Positions 18,468 to 28,783 are shown, counted from the stretch's first letter. The stretch: 64,000 nucleotides of DNA from Phycisphaerales bacterium (GCA_050730655.1 JBOHNL010000004.1:109703-173702), one strand, 5' to 3'. The notes: a model not told the origin generated them from the sequence alone. Numbers and translations are program-made.

Positions 18468-18695
18468 GGCGGGCCTTTGTTCGGCTTTCTCCGTCCGGCA
18501 TGTTGCCGTCCGGGGAAAGTCCGGGGATGAAGCGTCATGCAGACGGCTGGCAATCATGCTCGGTAATCGCTCCAATCCCGTCGCCGCGGGTTCACCCTCG
18601 CGGCTTCAGGTTCGGACGGACCGTTCGCCGGTCGGCTCGTGCGGAGGAATCTTCCGCATGAGATGAAGCCGCCACTTGCGGTGACGCTTTTTCCC

Positions 18696-18740
18696 GGGCC
18701 ACGGGTGGCACAGTTTGCCGCCGGTGGCCCGCGGTGTTTT
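18696..18740 (+). terminator. terminator/attenuator-like hairpin in the nusA upstream region
   Basis: GGGCCACGGGTGGC-acagttt-GCCGCCGGTGGCCC gives 14 stem positions with one mismatch and one G-U. It is followed by GCGGTGTTTT. Confidence 0.4.
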
Positions 18741-18830
18741 CCGGGCCCGGCTCGGAACTCGATTGAAATGTTTGACATCCCGATAACTCGACATCCCGTG
18801 AAGAGTTCAGCGCAGAGATAGGAAAACCAA

Positions 18831-20183
18831 ATGAACACGACCGAAATGCTCCGCATCCTCGACTCCATCGCCCGCGATCGCAACATCGATCGCTCGGTTC
18901 TCATTCGCGATCTCGAACTCGCGATGGTCTCCGCCGCCAAGAAGCACTTCAACACGCTCGACGCCGAAGAGTTCACCTGCACGCTCGACCCGATGTCCGG
19001 CAATCTCACGATGACGCGCCACGGCGCGCCGCTCGAGATGACGCCCGCCGCGTTCGGTCGCATCGCCGCGCAGACCTTCAAGCAGGTGATGATCCAGAAG
19101 TTCCGCGACGACGAGCGGACCAGCATCTTCGAAGAGTTCTCCAAGCGCGTCGGCGAGATCGCGGTCGGCACCGCGCAGCGTTACGAAGGCGGCGCCCTTG
19201 TCGTCACGATCGACCGCGCCGAGGCGTTCATGCCCCGCAGCGAGCAGATCCCCGGCGAGCAGTTCAACGCGGGCGACCGCGTCCGCTGCCTGATTCTCGA
19301 CGTCCGCGATGTCGGCAATCAAATCAAGATCGTCCTCAGCCGCAGCCACCCGGATTTCATCAAGCGTCTTTTCGAAGTCGAAGTGCCCGAAGTCGCCGAG
19401 CGCATCATCGAGATCAAGGCGATGGCCCGCGAAGCCGGCTACCGCACCAAGCTCGCCGTCTCGAGCATGGACAACAAGGTCGATGCCGTCGGCGCGTGCG
19501 TGGGCGTCAAAGGCTCGCGCATCAAGAACATCGTTGATGAACTCAACGGTGAAAAGATCGACATCGTCCGCTGGAACGAGTCGAGCCAGGTGCTCATCCA
19601 GAACTCGCTCAAGCCGGCCGAAGTCGCGGAAATCAGCCTCTGCTTCGAACTCGGCCGTGCCACCGTTGTCGTCCGCGACGATCAGCTTTCGCTCGCTATC
19701 GGCAAACGCGGACAGAACGTCCGCCTCGCCGCCCGCCTCACCGGCTGGGACATCGACATCCTCACGCCCGAGGAATTCACCAAGGGCGTCGAGACCATGT
19801 ACCAGACGGTCCAGAGCGTCGAAGGTATCGACGAGAAGATGGCCGACAAGCTCGCGGCACTCGGCATGGTCAGCGTCTTCGACATCGAAGAAGTCGGCAC
19901 CGAAGTGCTCATGAGCGAACTCGAGATCGACGAAGCCAAAGCAGCCGAGGTCGTCAGCACCTGCTCGACCAAGGCCAAGGTCGTCGCCGAACAGCAGCAG
20001 AAGGACAAGGAAGAGAAAGAACGCAAGGCCCGCGAAGACGCGGCAACCGCCGCGAAGTTGCTGGCCGAAGGCGGCACAACAGGTGGCGAGGCGGGCGATG
20101 CCGCGGCAGACGCCATCCTCGGCGCATCGACCGAAGTTTCGGGCGATGCGCGGGCCGCGGACATTTTGGGGCAGGGATCGTGA
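18831..20183 (+). CDS. nusA: transcription termination/antitermination factor NusA
   Basis: N-terminus MNTTEMLRILDSIARDRNIDRSVLIRDLELAM and KH motif GACVGVKGSRIKNIVDEL. Confidence 0.95.
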   Translation: MNTTEMLRILDSIARDRNIDRSVLIRDLELAMVSAAKKHFNTLDAEEFTCTLDPMSGNLTMTRHGAPLEMTPAAFGRIAAQTFKQVMIQKFRDDERTSIFEEFSKRVGEIAVGTAQRYEGGALVVTIDRAEAFMPRSEQIPGEQFNAGDRVRCLILDVRDVGNQIKIVLSRSHPDFIKRLFEVEVPEVAERIIEIKAMAREAGYRTKLAVSSMDNKVDAVGACVGVKGSRIKNIVDELNGEKIDIVRWNESSQVLIQNSLKPAEVAEISLCFELGRATVVVRDDQLSLAIGKRGQNVRLAARLTGWDIDILTPEEFTKGVETMYQTVQSVEGIDEKMADKLAALGMVSVFDIEEVGTEVLMSELEIDEAKAAEVVSTCSTKAKVVAEQQQKDKEEKERKAREDAATAAKLLAEGGTTGGEAGDAAADAILGASTEVSGDARAADILGQGS

Positions 20184-20287
20184 AAAGTGTGATCAGTCGC
20201 TTTCCGGCGCAAGCCGGATCAACGTTCAGAACGCCGGGTTTGGAATGTCGGAAGGTTTCAGGTTGGATTTGAATCTCGGAGCATCGT

Positions 20288-23194
20288 TTGGCCAAGCAGA
20301 AGCGCGTATTTGAGATCGCAAAAGAGATCGGCGTCGATTCCAAAGTCATCGTGGCCAAGTGCCACGCGGAAGGAATCCCTGAGACGACGATCAAGAACTA
20401 TCAGTCCGCCGTGAGCGCGGGCCTCGAGGCCACCATCCGCGAGTGGTTCAGCGATCATGCCGCCGCATCAACCGCGATCGAGACCGCCGAGAAGATCGAT
20501 ATCTCGACAGCCAAGAAGGCCTCACCCAAGCGCCGCAAAAAGGCCGACGGCGAGCCCGACGAGGTTGGTGGCGGCATCGCCGTCGCAGCCCCGCCCGCAA
20601 CCCTCCGCCCGACGCACACGCCATCCGCTCCCGTCGAACCCGAAATCCAGGCCCGCCCGGCTGCACCGACATATATCAAGCCCGCGGCGACCGAGCCCGA
20701 AATTCACGCGTACACGCAACCTGCGACGCCGCTCGCGCCTGCAGCGAAGGCTCCGACTCCTTCAGTCGCCGCCAAGCCAGCCGCGCCGGAAGCGCCACGT
20801 CAAGATGGCAATGCGGTAACTCCGGGCGTTGCACACTCGCCGCAGCCTCCGCACCACCCTCCTCATCAACCGCCGCATCACGCCCCGATTCCGCCGCGCG
20901 TGCTGGGTCCCACCCGCGTCCAGCCGGCACCAATGAACGTGCCGACGCGGCCGACGAACGTGGGCCCTGCAGGTCCCAAGCTCGAAATCAAGACTGCCGT
21001 CAAGCTTTCCGGCCCCAAGGTCGTCCGCATCGAAGCGGCCGAAGTAATGGACGCCCCGCGTCCGCGCCGGTTCACACCTGGCGGCGGCACAGGCACAGGT
21101 ACTCGTTCTCCTGGCAGCCAAGGCGAAGATGACAGCAGTCGCAGCCCGCGGCGTAAGTCGGGTGGCGGCGGCAGCAGTGGTGGCAACAGCAGCAGCGGTG
21201 CCGCGGGCGCCAAGCGGTCGAGCGGCACGGGCGTCCCGCAGCGTCGGCGTGCCAGTTCCGGCCAGGAATGGGTCGGCGGCACGACGGGCGTGTTCTCTGA
21301 ACAGGATCTGATCGAGCGCGAGGCGCGGCTGGCCCGATCGGGCGGCTTCCTCAAGAAGCGCCGTCAGGATCTGAAGCGCACCGAGCATCACGCTGACTCC
21401 GACATGCAGCAGGACGGCAAGATCCGCATTGCGGCGCCGTTCACCATCAAGGATTTGTCGGAGGCGACGGGCGTCAAGGGCGCCGAGATCGTGAAGAAGC
21501 TGTTCCTTGAAGGCATCATGGCCACGATCAACTCGGGCATTGATCCTGCGAAGGCGCAGGAGATCATGATCGACTTTGATGTCGATCTCGAAGTGACCGA
21601 AGCCAAGTCGGCCGAAGAAGTAGTCAGTTCGCAGTTCGCGGATCGCGTCGCGATGGACCTGCGTCCGCGCGGACCGATCGTCACGATCCTCGGACACGTC
21701 GACCATGGCAAGACGAGCCTGCTCGACAAGATTCGCAATGCTAATGTTGCCGCGGGTGAGGCCGGCGGCATCACGCAGCGCACCAGCGCGTTCCGCGTTG
21801 GGCTCGAAGTTGCGGGCGAACAGAAGGAAATCGTCTTCCTGGATACGCCGGGCCACGAAGCGTTCACGAGCATGCGTTCACGCGGCGCGAACATGACCGA
21901 CGTGGTCGTGCTTGTCGTCTCGGCGCCGGAAGGCGTCATGCCGCAGACGATCGAGAGCATCAACCACGCGAAGGCCGCGAAGGTGCCGATCGTGGTCGCG
22001 CTGAACAAGATCGATCGTCCGGATGCGACCGATGCGCAGGTGCAGAAGGTGCTCGGACGGCTTGCAGAAAACGATCTGAACCCGGTGGAATGGGGCGGAA
22101 CGGTCGAAGTCATCAAGACATCGGCGACCACGGGCGTCGGAATCCCCGAGCTGCTCGAAACGCTCGATTACCAGGCGCAGCTGCTGGAACTCAAGGCCGA
22201 CTTTGATGGCCCGGCACGCGGCACCGTGATCGAAGCTCGCACGGAAGAGGGCCGCGGCGCGGTCGCGAACATCCTTGTTCAACAGGGCAAGCTCAAGGTC
22301 GGTGATTATCTCGTCGCCGGCCGCGCGTTTGGTCGTATTCGCGACATCACGGACGATCGTGGCCGAAAGATCAAGGACGTCACGCCCCCGACGCCGGTGC
22401 AGATCTCGGGCATCGACGAAGTGCCGACGGCGGGCGACAAGTTCTACGTGGTCGATTCGCTGAAGAAGGCTCAGGAAGCTGCCGAGCAGCGTCGCCATCG
22501 CGAACGCGAGACTGAACTCGCTCAGCCCAAGCTCACGCTCGACAACATGTTCGCGCAGATGGCGGATACGGAGCTCAAGGAAATCCGTGTTGTCATCAAG
22601 GCGGCCGAACAGGGCACGCTCGACGTGCTCAAGAGCCAGGCCGAAAAGGTCAGCACTCCGGAGGTCAAGGTTCGTGTGCTCGAGGCCGCGATCGGCGGCA
22701 TCACCGAGAGCAACGTGCTGCTGGCGCAAGCGTCGCACGCGGTCATCATCGGCTTCAACGTCATCCCCTCGGGCAAGGCACGCAGCCTGGCCGAGCAGAA
22801 GGGCGTCGAGATCCGCACGTATCAGGTCATCTACGACATCGTGGACGACCTGAAGAAAGCGGCCGAGGGCATGCTCGCTCCGGAACTCCGCCAGGAGATC
22901 CTGGGCCACGCCGAAGTCCGCAAGGTCTTCAAGGTCACCAAGGTCGGCTCGATCGCGGGCTGCTACATCACCGACGGCATCGTGCAGCGCGACGCGCTCA
23001 TCCGCGTCACACGCAACGGCGTTGTGGTCGAGAACGATCGCAAGCTCGAGCAGCTCAAGCGTGTCAAGGACGATGCCAAGGAAGTTCGCGCCGGCATGGA
23101 ATGCGGCATGAAGATCTTCGGCTACGACGACATCAAGGAAGGCGACGTGCTCGAGTGCTACAAGCAGGTCGAGGTCAAGCGAACGCTTGGCTAA
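20288..23194 (+). CDS. infB: translation initiation factor IF-2
   Basis: TTG start with GGAG 6 nt upstream. IF2-N region [12 protein letters not shown] and G-domain motifs [20 protein letters not shown] and NKID. Confidence 0.95.
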   Translation: MAKQKRVFEIAKEIGVDSKVIVAKCHAEGIPETTIKNYQSAVSAGLEATIREWFSDHAAASTAIETAEKIDISTAKKASPKRRKKADGEPDEVGGGIAVAAPPATLRPTHTPSAPVEPEIQARPAAPTYIKPAATEPEIHAYTQPATPLAPAAKAPTPSVAAKPAAPEAPRQDGNAVTPGVAHSPQPPHHPPHQPPHHAPIPPRVLGPTRVQPAPMNVPTRPTNVGPAGPKLEIKTAVKLSGPKVVRIEAAEVMDAPRPRRFTPGGGTGTGTRSPGSQGEDDSSRSPRRKSGGGGSSGGNSSSGAAGAKRSSGTGVPQRRRASSGQEWVGGTTGVFSEQDLIEREARLARSGGFLKKRRQDLKRTEHHADSDMQQDGKIRIAAPFTIKDLSEATGVKGAEIVKKLFLEGIMATINSGIDPAKAQEIMIDFDVDLEVTEAKSAEEVVSSQFADRVAMDLRPRGPIVTILGHVDHGKTSLLDKIRNANVAAGEAGGITQRTSAFRVGLEVAGEQKEIVFLDTPGHEAFTSMRSRGANMTDVVVLVVSAPEGVMPQTIESINHAKAAKVPIVVALNKIDRPDATDAQVQKVLGRLAENDLNPVEWGGTVEVIKTSATTGVGIPELLETLDYQAQLLELKADFDGPARGTVIEARTEEGRGAVANILVQQGKLKVGDYLVAGRAFGRIRDITDDRGRKIKDVTPPTPVQISGIDEVPTAGDKFYVVDSLKKAQEAAEQRRHRERETELAQPKLTLDNMFAQMADTELKEIRVVIKAAEQGTLDVLKSQAEKVSTPEVKVRVLEAAIGGITESNVLLAQASHAVIIGFNVIPSGKARSLAEQKGVEIRTYQVIYDIVDDLKKAAEGMLAPELRQEILGHAEVRKVFKVTKVGSIAGCYITDGIVQRDALIRVTRNGVVVENDRKLEQLKRVKDDAKEVRAGMECGMKIFGYDDIKEGDVLECYKQVEVKRTLG

Positions 23195-23238
23195 GTGGCG
23201 GCTGGTGATTGCATGACACGTGTTTGGACGGAAATCTG

Positions 23239-23739
23239 ATGGTGCTCGGAGTCCTCCAATTCCAGGTACTGGTCCACGGGTCCGAGTCGCTCAAGGACAA
23301 GCGGCGGGTCGTGCAATCGCTGAAGGACAAGCTCCACCGCGAGCATCTGTGCTCGATCGCAGAGGTGGGCGACCCGGACCTGCTCAACGCGGCCACAATC
23401 GCTCTGGCGATCGTGACGCGCGACGGGCAGCGGGCGGGCGAGATTCTCGATGCGATCACGATCAAGCTGCGCGAGCTTCGCGACGGCGAGGTCGGCGAGA
23501 TCGACCGGCAGGTGCTGCACGCGAGCGCGGGTTGGATCGGCGCGGTGCAGCCCGAAGAAATCGAGGCGCTTCCATCGCCCCGTACCGAGGTGCGCATCAG
23601 CGATCCGAAGTCCGGCGACGGAAGCGATCCGGAAACCGACGCGATGATGAGCGAGCGCGGGCTCGAGGCGGAAATTCTGGAACAGATCGAACAGGCGGAA
23701 CGCGAAGAGCGCGCCCAAAAAGGTGGAGACGCAGCTTGA
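23239..23739 (+). CDS. DUF503 (YlxP-like) protein with long acidic C-terminal extension
   Basis: MVLGVLQFQVLVHGSESLKDKRRVVQSLKDKL is the typical DUF503 start. It occupies the usual position between infB and rbfA. Confidence 0.7.
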   Translation: MVLGVLQFQVLVHGSESLKDKRRVVQSLKDKLHREHLCSIAEVGDPDLLNAATIALAIVTRDGQRAGEILDAITIKLRELRDGEVGEIDRQVLHASAGWIGAVQPEEIEALPSPRTEVRISDPKSGDGSDPETDAMMSERGLEAEILEQIEQAEREERAQKGGDAA

Positions 23740-24182
23740 GCAGACGCCAGGAACAATTTACGTCGGTGCTACGCGGCGCCGTGCAAGCGGTGATCGATCG
23801 CGGGATTCAAGACCCGCGGATCTCGGGCATGATTACCGTGACCGAGGTGCGCGTCTCGGAAGACTTTGCCGACGCGACCATTTTGATCTCGGTTCTGCCG
23901 GCGGAACGCCAGGAACTCACGCTTCACGGCATTCGAAGCGCGACGATGCACATCCGGCGCGAGGCGGGTAAGAACGTCGACTCCCGCAAGCTCCCCCGCT
24001 TCCACTTTGATCTGGATTCGCGCCAGAAGAAGCAGGCGGCGGTGATCGATGCACTCTTGAAGGTGCAGGAGGATCGCGAAGCTCGTGGCCTGCCCGCCGA
24101 AGAGCCCGCCAAACCGAATTCGAGCGAGCCCGGCTCGACAACTCCTCCGCCCCCACTTTCCCCGGAAAGACGAAACGCATGA
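23736..24182 (+). CDS. rbfA: ribosome-binding factor A
   Basis: TTG at 23736 overlaps the upstream TGA (TTGA), with GGTGGAG 8 nt upstream. RbfA core ITVTEVRVSEDFADATILISV. Confidence 0.85.
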   Translation: MSRRQEQFTSVLRGAVQAVIDRGIQDPRISGMITVTEVRVSEDFADATILISVLPAERQELTLHGIRSATMHIRREAGKNVDSRKLPRFHFDLDSRQKKQAAVIDALLKVQEDREARGLPAEEPAKPNSSEPGSTTPPPPLSPERRNA

Positions 24183-24970
24183 GTGCGCAGGACCCGGCCA
24201 AGCTTCTCCAGGCTCTGCTGAAGAAGCTCTCGAATCGCTATGGCGAGCAGCAGCCCGACCCGCTCACTGCGGGCGTCGATGAGGGCGTTGATCCGCTGCT
24301 TCACCTCTTTGTCTATTCGTTCTTGCTCTGGGACGCCTCGACCGGCCAGGCCCGCGCGGCGCTCAAACGCATTCGCGAGACCTTTGTCGACTACAACGAA
24401 CTTCGGATCGCGTTCGCAGACGAGATTGCCGCGGCATTCGGCGAGCGCTATCCGCGCGGGTACGAACGCGCACTCCGCCTTCGATCGAGCCTCCACGACA
24501 TCTTCAAGCGCGAGCACTCGCTCTCGCTCCAGAGCCTGACCGAACTTTCCAAGCGCGAGGCCCGCAGCTATCTCGATTCGATCGACGGCACCCCTGCGTA
24601 CGTCTCCGCCCGCGTCCTTTCGCTTGGTCTCGGCGGCCATGCCATCCCGGTCGATCAGCGGATCGCCGACTTGCTCGCATCCGAAGCGGTATTGGGCGAT
24701 GACGTGACCGATGCCGACAGCGCAGCTTCCTGGCTTGAGCGCCAGATTCGCGCGGGCGAGGCGACCAATGTGGCGCTGGTGCTGCAGGCATGGTCGGACG
24801 ATCAGGGTGCCGCACCCCGTCGCGAGCGCCGCGCCGATCTGCCCGATTTCTCGCCACCCGAACTGCCGCCACCTGTTCTGGAGGAGCAAGGCGTCGCGGC
24901 GGCGGCAAAGAAGCAGGCCAAAGCAAAGAAAACGTCCAAGCGGTCTTCCAAATCTTCGGCCAAGGGCTGA
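24179..24970 (+). CDS. hypothetical protein with EndoIII-like helix-hairpin-helix pattern and Lys-rich tail
   Basis: The ATG overlaps the rbfA stop (ATGA). REARSYLDSIDGTPAYVSARVLSLGLGGHAIPVDQRIADLL resembles the HhH-GPD motif. C-terminus KKQAKAKKTSKRSSKSSAKG. Confidence 0.4.
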   Translation: MSAQDPAKLLQALLKKLSNRYGEQQPDPLTAGVDEGVDPLLHLFVYSFLLWDASTGQARAALKRIRETFVDYNELRIAFADEIAAAFGERYPRGYERALRLRSSLHDIFKREHSLSLQSLTELSKREARSYLDSIDGTPAYVSARVLSLGLGGHAIPVDQRIADLLASEAVLGDDVTDADSAASWLERQIRAGEATNVALVLQAWSDDQGAAPRRERRADLPDFSPPELPPPVLEEQGVAAAAKKQAKAKKTSKRSSKSSAKG

Positions 24971-25066
24971 AGAAAATGGCGTTCCCACCGGGCCGAAGAA
25001 CAAAGTTTCCTCCGATCGCGAACATCCTCCATGCCGCCACGCTCAAAAGCACTCTTCCCACGTTCG

Positions 25067-28000
25067 ATGTCGAAGCGAGCCGTCAGCGTCCATCCGGGCT
25101 TGATTGCTTCGGTGCTCATCGCGTGTTGTGGCCTTTCTTGCTCGAGCAGTCCGAATTCTCCGAAAGCAGCGGACTCATCGCAGCTCGCCCCGGTCGATCC
25201 GGCGGACGCGAATCTGCCTCGGTCGATTCAAGAATTGCGGCGCGTTTCACGCGGTGCAAAGCCTGAAGCGGCGCGTGCCCGCGACCTTCCCCCGCCTCCG
25301 GGGATCGACGCCTCGCGCCTGGCAGCGTTGACTCCTGCAGAGATTGCATCCAACCCGAATCTCAATCGCCCGCTCGCGGAAGTCGCGCCGGAGTTTGCAG
25401 CAAAGGTTTCATTTCCCAAGACGAGCGATCCGGCAGTGGACGAAGAGGCGAAGGCAGAGGCCGTGCGTCTCTATGTCGCTGGGCGTTCGGCGCTGCTGGG
25501 CGGAGATGCAACGCAGGCACAGGCCCTGCTGACCGATGCGGCGGGAAAAGATCCGGCGGAGGCCGCGGTCTGGCGCGAACTCGCGGAAGCCCAGTACAAG
25601 CTGGGCCGTCGCACGCTCGCGATCTCGTCCTACACGCAGGCGGCGCGCCGTGGGCTCGATGAATCACGCGTCTGGTGGATGTTGGGCAAGGACGCGGCGC
25701 AGAAGTCTGACCTCAATCGTGCCGCCGCGTATCTCGCACGTGCGAACGCAGCGCCCGATGTGGCCTCTGATGCGGCGATGCCGTTCGTCGTCGCGGCAGA
25801 TTTCGGCGAAACGCTCGCACGCCTCGGCTATTCGGCTGCCGCGTCCGAAGCGCTCAATGCGTCCGCGGCGCTCCCCGAGACTTTCACCGAGAACACGAAC
25901 TATCGCACCGAACTCGGCGAGGTCTATCGGCGCCGCGGCGAATTGCTCGAACAGGCCGGTGATATCGCGATGCGCATGGGGCGTTCTGACGTTGCGCTCG
26001 CGAGCTACGCGAAGGCGCTCGAGTATCCGTCGGTTGATTCTGGGGCGACGCTTGTTCGTTTCATTTACGCGTCGGCGCTGCAGGGTGAGCCGTCGAAGGC
26101 TGCGCAGCTGCTGATTGAAATGATTCTGGACGCCAACGGGTGGATCGAAGATCGCCAGTTGCTGCTGATTCGGTATCTGTCGGAAAACACCAGTGCGGGG
26201 CCCGCGCTCTCGCGAGCGCTCGCGGTGATGCCCGAGGATCTGAAGAAGCCGCTCTCGCCGACGATCCAGTCGCGCCTCGTGCGTGCGCGGGCCGCGGCGG
26301 ACCCGCAGGGGGCGAAACTGCTCCGCGAACATCTCGCGGCACATCCGCTTGATTCTGAAGTCGCGGCCGACCTGATCGAGCTGTCAACGCGAAACGGCGC
26401 CAGCGCGGGCAAAGAAGCACTCCAGATGGCGACGGCATCGCCGGGTTCCGCCGTGCGGATCGGCGATGCGGTCATGCGCGACGGGCGCGCGCTTGATTCA
26501 TCATTTACCGTGATCGAACGCGGCGCAAAGTCGCCCGGTCAGCGTGCAATGTCGGCGTGGATGGAATCCCGCCTGGGTTTCGCGACTCGAGCCCTCGAAA
26601 CCGCCAAGGTCATCGACCTTGCAAAGATTTCCGATGCCGAGGCCCGGGCCGTGCTGCTGGGCGTGAAGCTGCACGCGGCACTCGACGCCGGGGACTTCAA
26701 GAGCGCACAGCTGCTGGTTGACCAGCTCAAGGCGGACGAGGATCTTCCCTTCGCCGTGCGCTGCGGATCACTGCTCGACGCCGGTGAAGACGCATTTGTG
26801 ATCGACCTCGCCAAGTCGCTGGATGTCTCAACGCTCACAAATGATCCCGGTGAGCGGATCGCAGCCGCGGATATTCTTTCGCGCACCGGGCGCGCGAAGG
26901 ACGCCGAAGCAATCCTCGAAGACGTTCTCGCCCAGGATCGCTTCGACGAGCGGGCCCATCAGGCGCTGATTGCGCTTTATCTGCCGAGCGGCCCGCTGAA
27001 GGACGAGGCAAGGCTCGGAGCGGCATCAAGGCGCCTTCGCGATTCGATTCCGTCGAGCCGCGTGATCCGCTGGCTGGTCGCCGGCGAACTGGCACAGCGC
27101 CAGCTCTGGTCGCAGGCGGAAATGTCGCTGATCTCGATCGCAGAAGAGAGCGAACCGGAGCCGACGCTCATCGAGCAATTGGTGGTCGCATGGGAGCGCC
27201 AGACGACCGGAGACGCCGAGACCAAAGCGGCCCTGCTCAATCGCGCCGATACTTGGCTTCGCGCCAAGCTCGCGCAATATTCCGGGAATGTCGGCCTGAT
27301 CGCGGCTCGCGCCCGCGTACTTGAGCTCCAGGGCAAGGCATCTGAGGCGGAAAAATCGCTCGCCGATCTCGTGGCACGCTACCCGATCGATTCCATTGCG
27401 CGCCAGCGCGAGCAGCTTGTGCGAACGTCGCTCAAGGATCCGGAACGTGCGCAGAAGCTCGCGCTCGAGCGGCTCGATCACACGCCGCGATCCGCGGATG
27501 ACTCTCTCGAACTCGCCGAACTCTTCGCGACCAAAGGCGATTCGCGTGGAGCGACCGATGCGATCATCCGTGGTGTACCGGCGGGCGCACTGCTCAACTC
27601 GCCTCAGCGCCAGCGCCTCATCGCACTCATCAACCAGCAGGTGGGCGCCGCAGTGAAGGATGAATCGGGCGCGTCAGCCAAGTCGGTTCTCGATCTGCTC
27701 GCGCACACGGGAAGTCTCGGCATCGACCTTCCTCGGCCTCTGCACGAATCACGCCTTGCACTGCTCGCGACGTACTCACCCGCCGACACCAACTCGCTCG
27801 TCGAGGCGGCACGTCAGACCGTGCGTCAATATCCGGATGGTTCGACGCTCCTGCTCGCGCGAACCGCCGATCGGATCAGCAGGTCGCCGTCTCCGGAGGC
27901 CGCACCGCGTTTCCTGCGAGAAGCGATCAAATTTGTCCCCGAACCCACGACCGAGCTCTACCGATATCTCGTCTACTACCTGATTGCACGCTACGGCGAC

Positions 28001-28768
28001 ATCAACGACGTTCGAGCGCTCGTGCCGCTGCTCGATGATCCGTCCAAGGCCGTCATCATTTCAGAGCTGGCGTCGGACAGCGGGCAGGATATTCCCGCGG
28101 CACAGGCCGATCGCATCACGCTGGTGCTGCACAACGTCGCATCTTCAGCGACACTTCGCGATCGCTCCCCCTTCGCGATGGAGATCTATCGCGTTGTATT
28201 GGAGCGCGATCCGCGCCACGCGATGTCGTGCAACAACCTTGCGTATTACCTGCTCGACCACGGGGGCGACCTTGCGGAGTCAGAGCGACTGCTGCTGATC
28301 GCCTACGCGGACAAGCCCGATACGGCGAGCGTGCTCGACTCGCTCGGCTGGCTGAGGTTCAAGCAGGGAAAGCTGCGCGACACCAAGGACGCCGCTGGTA
28401 ACGTCGTCGAGTCGGGCGCGATTTCGCTCCTCACCCGTGCGCTCGAAGCGCGGGACGGAACCGACAATGCCGTCATCACCGACCACCTCGCCGACGCGCT
28501 CTGGGCGGCGGGCGAATCGCAAAAGGCCAAAGAAAACTGGGAGCTCGCACGCGTCACCGCCAAGCGGTCGGCCGATCAGATTATGGCGGTGCGGTCGCAG
28601 CGCAATCTCGGGGATGACGACGAAACGGGCAAAGTTGAACTGGCTGAGCTGCGTGGAGTTCTCGCGCAGACCGAATTGAAATTGAAAGCGGTCGCCGAAG
28701 GCAAAGAGCCGAAGGTCGCCGAGCACGCACCACCCGCCACCACTCCGGCGGTGACCACCTCGCGCTAG
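25067..28768 (+). CDS. large TPR-repeat lipoprotein
   Basis: ORF 25031..28768. The lipobox LIACCGLSC-SSS lies after the ATG at 25067. TPR-like helices run throughout, for example AMSCNNLAYYLLDHGGDLAESERLL and SVLDSLGWLRFKQGKL. Confidence 0.7.
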   Translation: MSKRAVSVHPGLIASVLIACCGLSCSSSPNSPKAADSSQLAPVDPADANLPRSIQELRRVSRGAKPEAARARDLPPPPGIDASRLAALTPAEIASNPNLNRPLAEVAPEFAAKVSFPKTSDPAVDEEAKAEAVRLYVAGRSALLGGDATQAQALLTDAAGKDPAEAAVWRELAEAQYKLGRRTLAISSYTQAARRGLDESRVWWMLGKDAAQKSDLNRAAAYLARANAAPDVASDAAMPFVVAADFGETLARLGYSAAASEALNASAALPETFTENTNYRTELGEVYRRRGELLEQAGDIAMRMGRSDVALASYAKALEYPSVDSGATLVRFIYASALQGEPSKAAQLLIEMILDANGWIEDRQLLLIRYLSENTSAGPALSRALAVMPEDLKKPLSPTIQSRLVRARAAADPQGAKLLREHLAAHPLDSEVAADLIELSTRNGASAGKEALQMATASPGSAVRIGDAVMRDGRALDSSFTVIERGAKSPGQRAMSAWMESRLGFATRALETAKVIDLAKISDAEARAVLLGVKLHAALDAGDFKSAQLLVDQLKADEDLPFAVRCGSLLDAGEDAFVIDLAKSLDVSTLTNDPGERIAAADILSRTGRAKDAEAILEDVLAQDRFDERAHQALIALYLPSGPLKDEARLGAASRRLRDSIPSSRVIRWLVAGELAQRQLWSQAEMSLISIAEESEPEPTLIEQLVVAWERQTTGDAETKAALLNRADTWLRAKLAQYSGNVGLIAARARVLELQGKASEAEKSLADLVARYPIDSIARQREQLVRTSLKDPERAQKLALERLDHTPRSADDSLELAELFATKGDSRGATDAIIRGVPAGALLNSPQRQRLIALINQQVGAAVKDESGASAKSVLDLLAHTGSLGIDLPRPLHESRLALLATYSPADTNSLVEAARQTVRQYPDGSTLLLARTADRISRSPSPEAAPRFLREAIKFVPEPTTELYRYLVYYLIARYGDINDVRALVPLLDDPSKAVIISELASDSGQDIPAAQADRITLVLHNVASSATLRDRSPFAMEIYRVVLERDPRHAMSCNNLAYYLLDHGGDLAESERLLLIAYADKPDTASVLDSLGWLRFKQGKLRDTKDAAGNVVESGAISLLTRALEARDGTDNAVITDHLADALWAAGESQKAKENWELARVTAKRSADQIMAVRSQRNLGDDDETGKVELAELRGVLAQTELKLKAVAEGKEPKVAEHAPPATTPAVTTSR

Positions 28769-28783
28769 TAACGAGCACTCCCA

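Noticed and set aside
18514-18525. The exact 12-mer GGAAAGTCCGGG matches the universally conserved P4 5' strand of bacterial RNase P RNA (GAGGAAAGUCCGGGC). A possible partner, CCCGGCU, lies near 18749.
   Set aside because: The other conserved regions of rnpB are absent: the ACAGAAnCCGGCUUA 3' P4 context, GGUAAGAGCGCACC-type motifs and GUGAAAGGGUG-type motifs. The available space (about 290 nt) and the distance from the predicted TSS (about 40 nt) do not fit a type-A fold. It should still be tested with the Rfam RNase P models.
18439-18666. ORF 18439..18666, starting MKAALLVAILAGLCSAF, looks like a lipoprotein signal peptide.
   Set aside because: The TTG 'start' is the -35 hexamer of the promoter candidate. 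There is no SD, and the remainder (RGKSGDEASCRRLAIMLGNRSNPVAAGSPSRLQVRTDRSPVGSCGG) looks like translated GC-rich non-coding sequence. It is kept only as an alternative explanation.
18772-18777. A perfect TTGACA -35 hexamer just upstream of nusA.
   Set aside because: No acceptable -10 hexamer lies 16-18 nt downstream, where the sequence is CCCGTG. It is therefore not called as a promoter. The hexamer is part of the GACATCCCG direct repeat.
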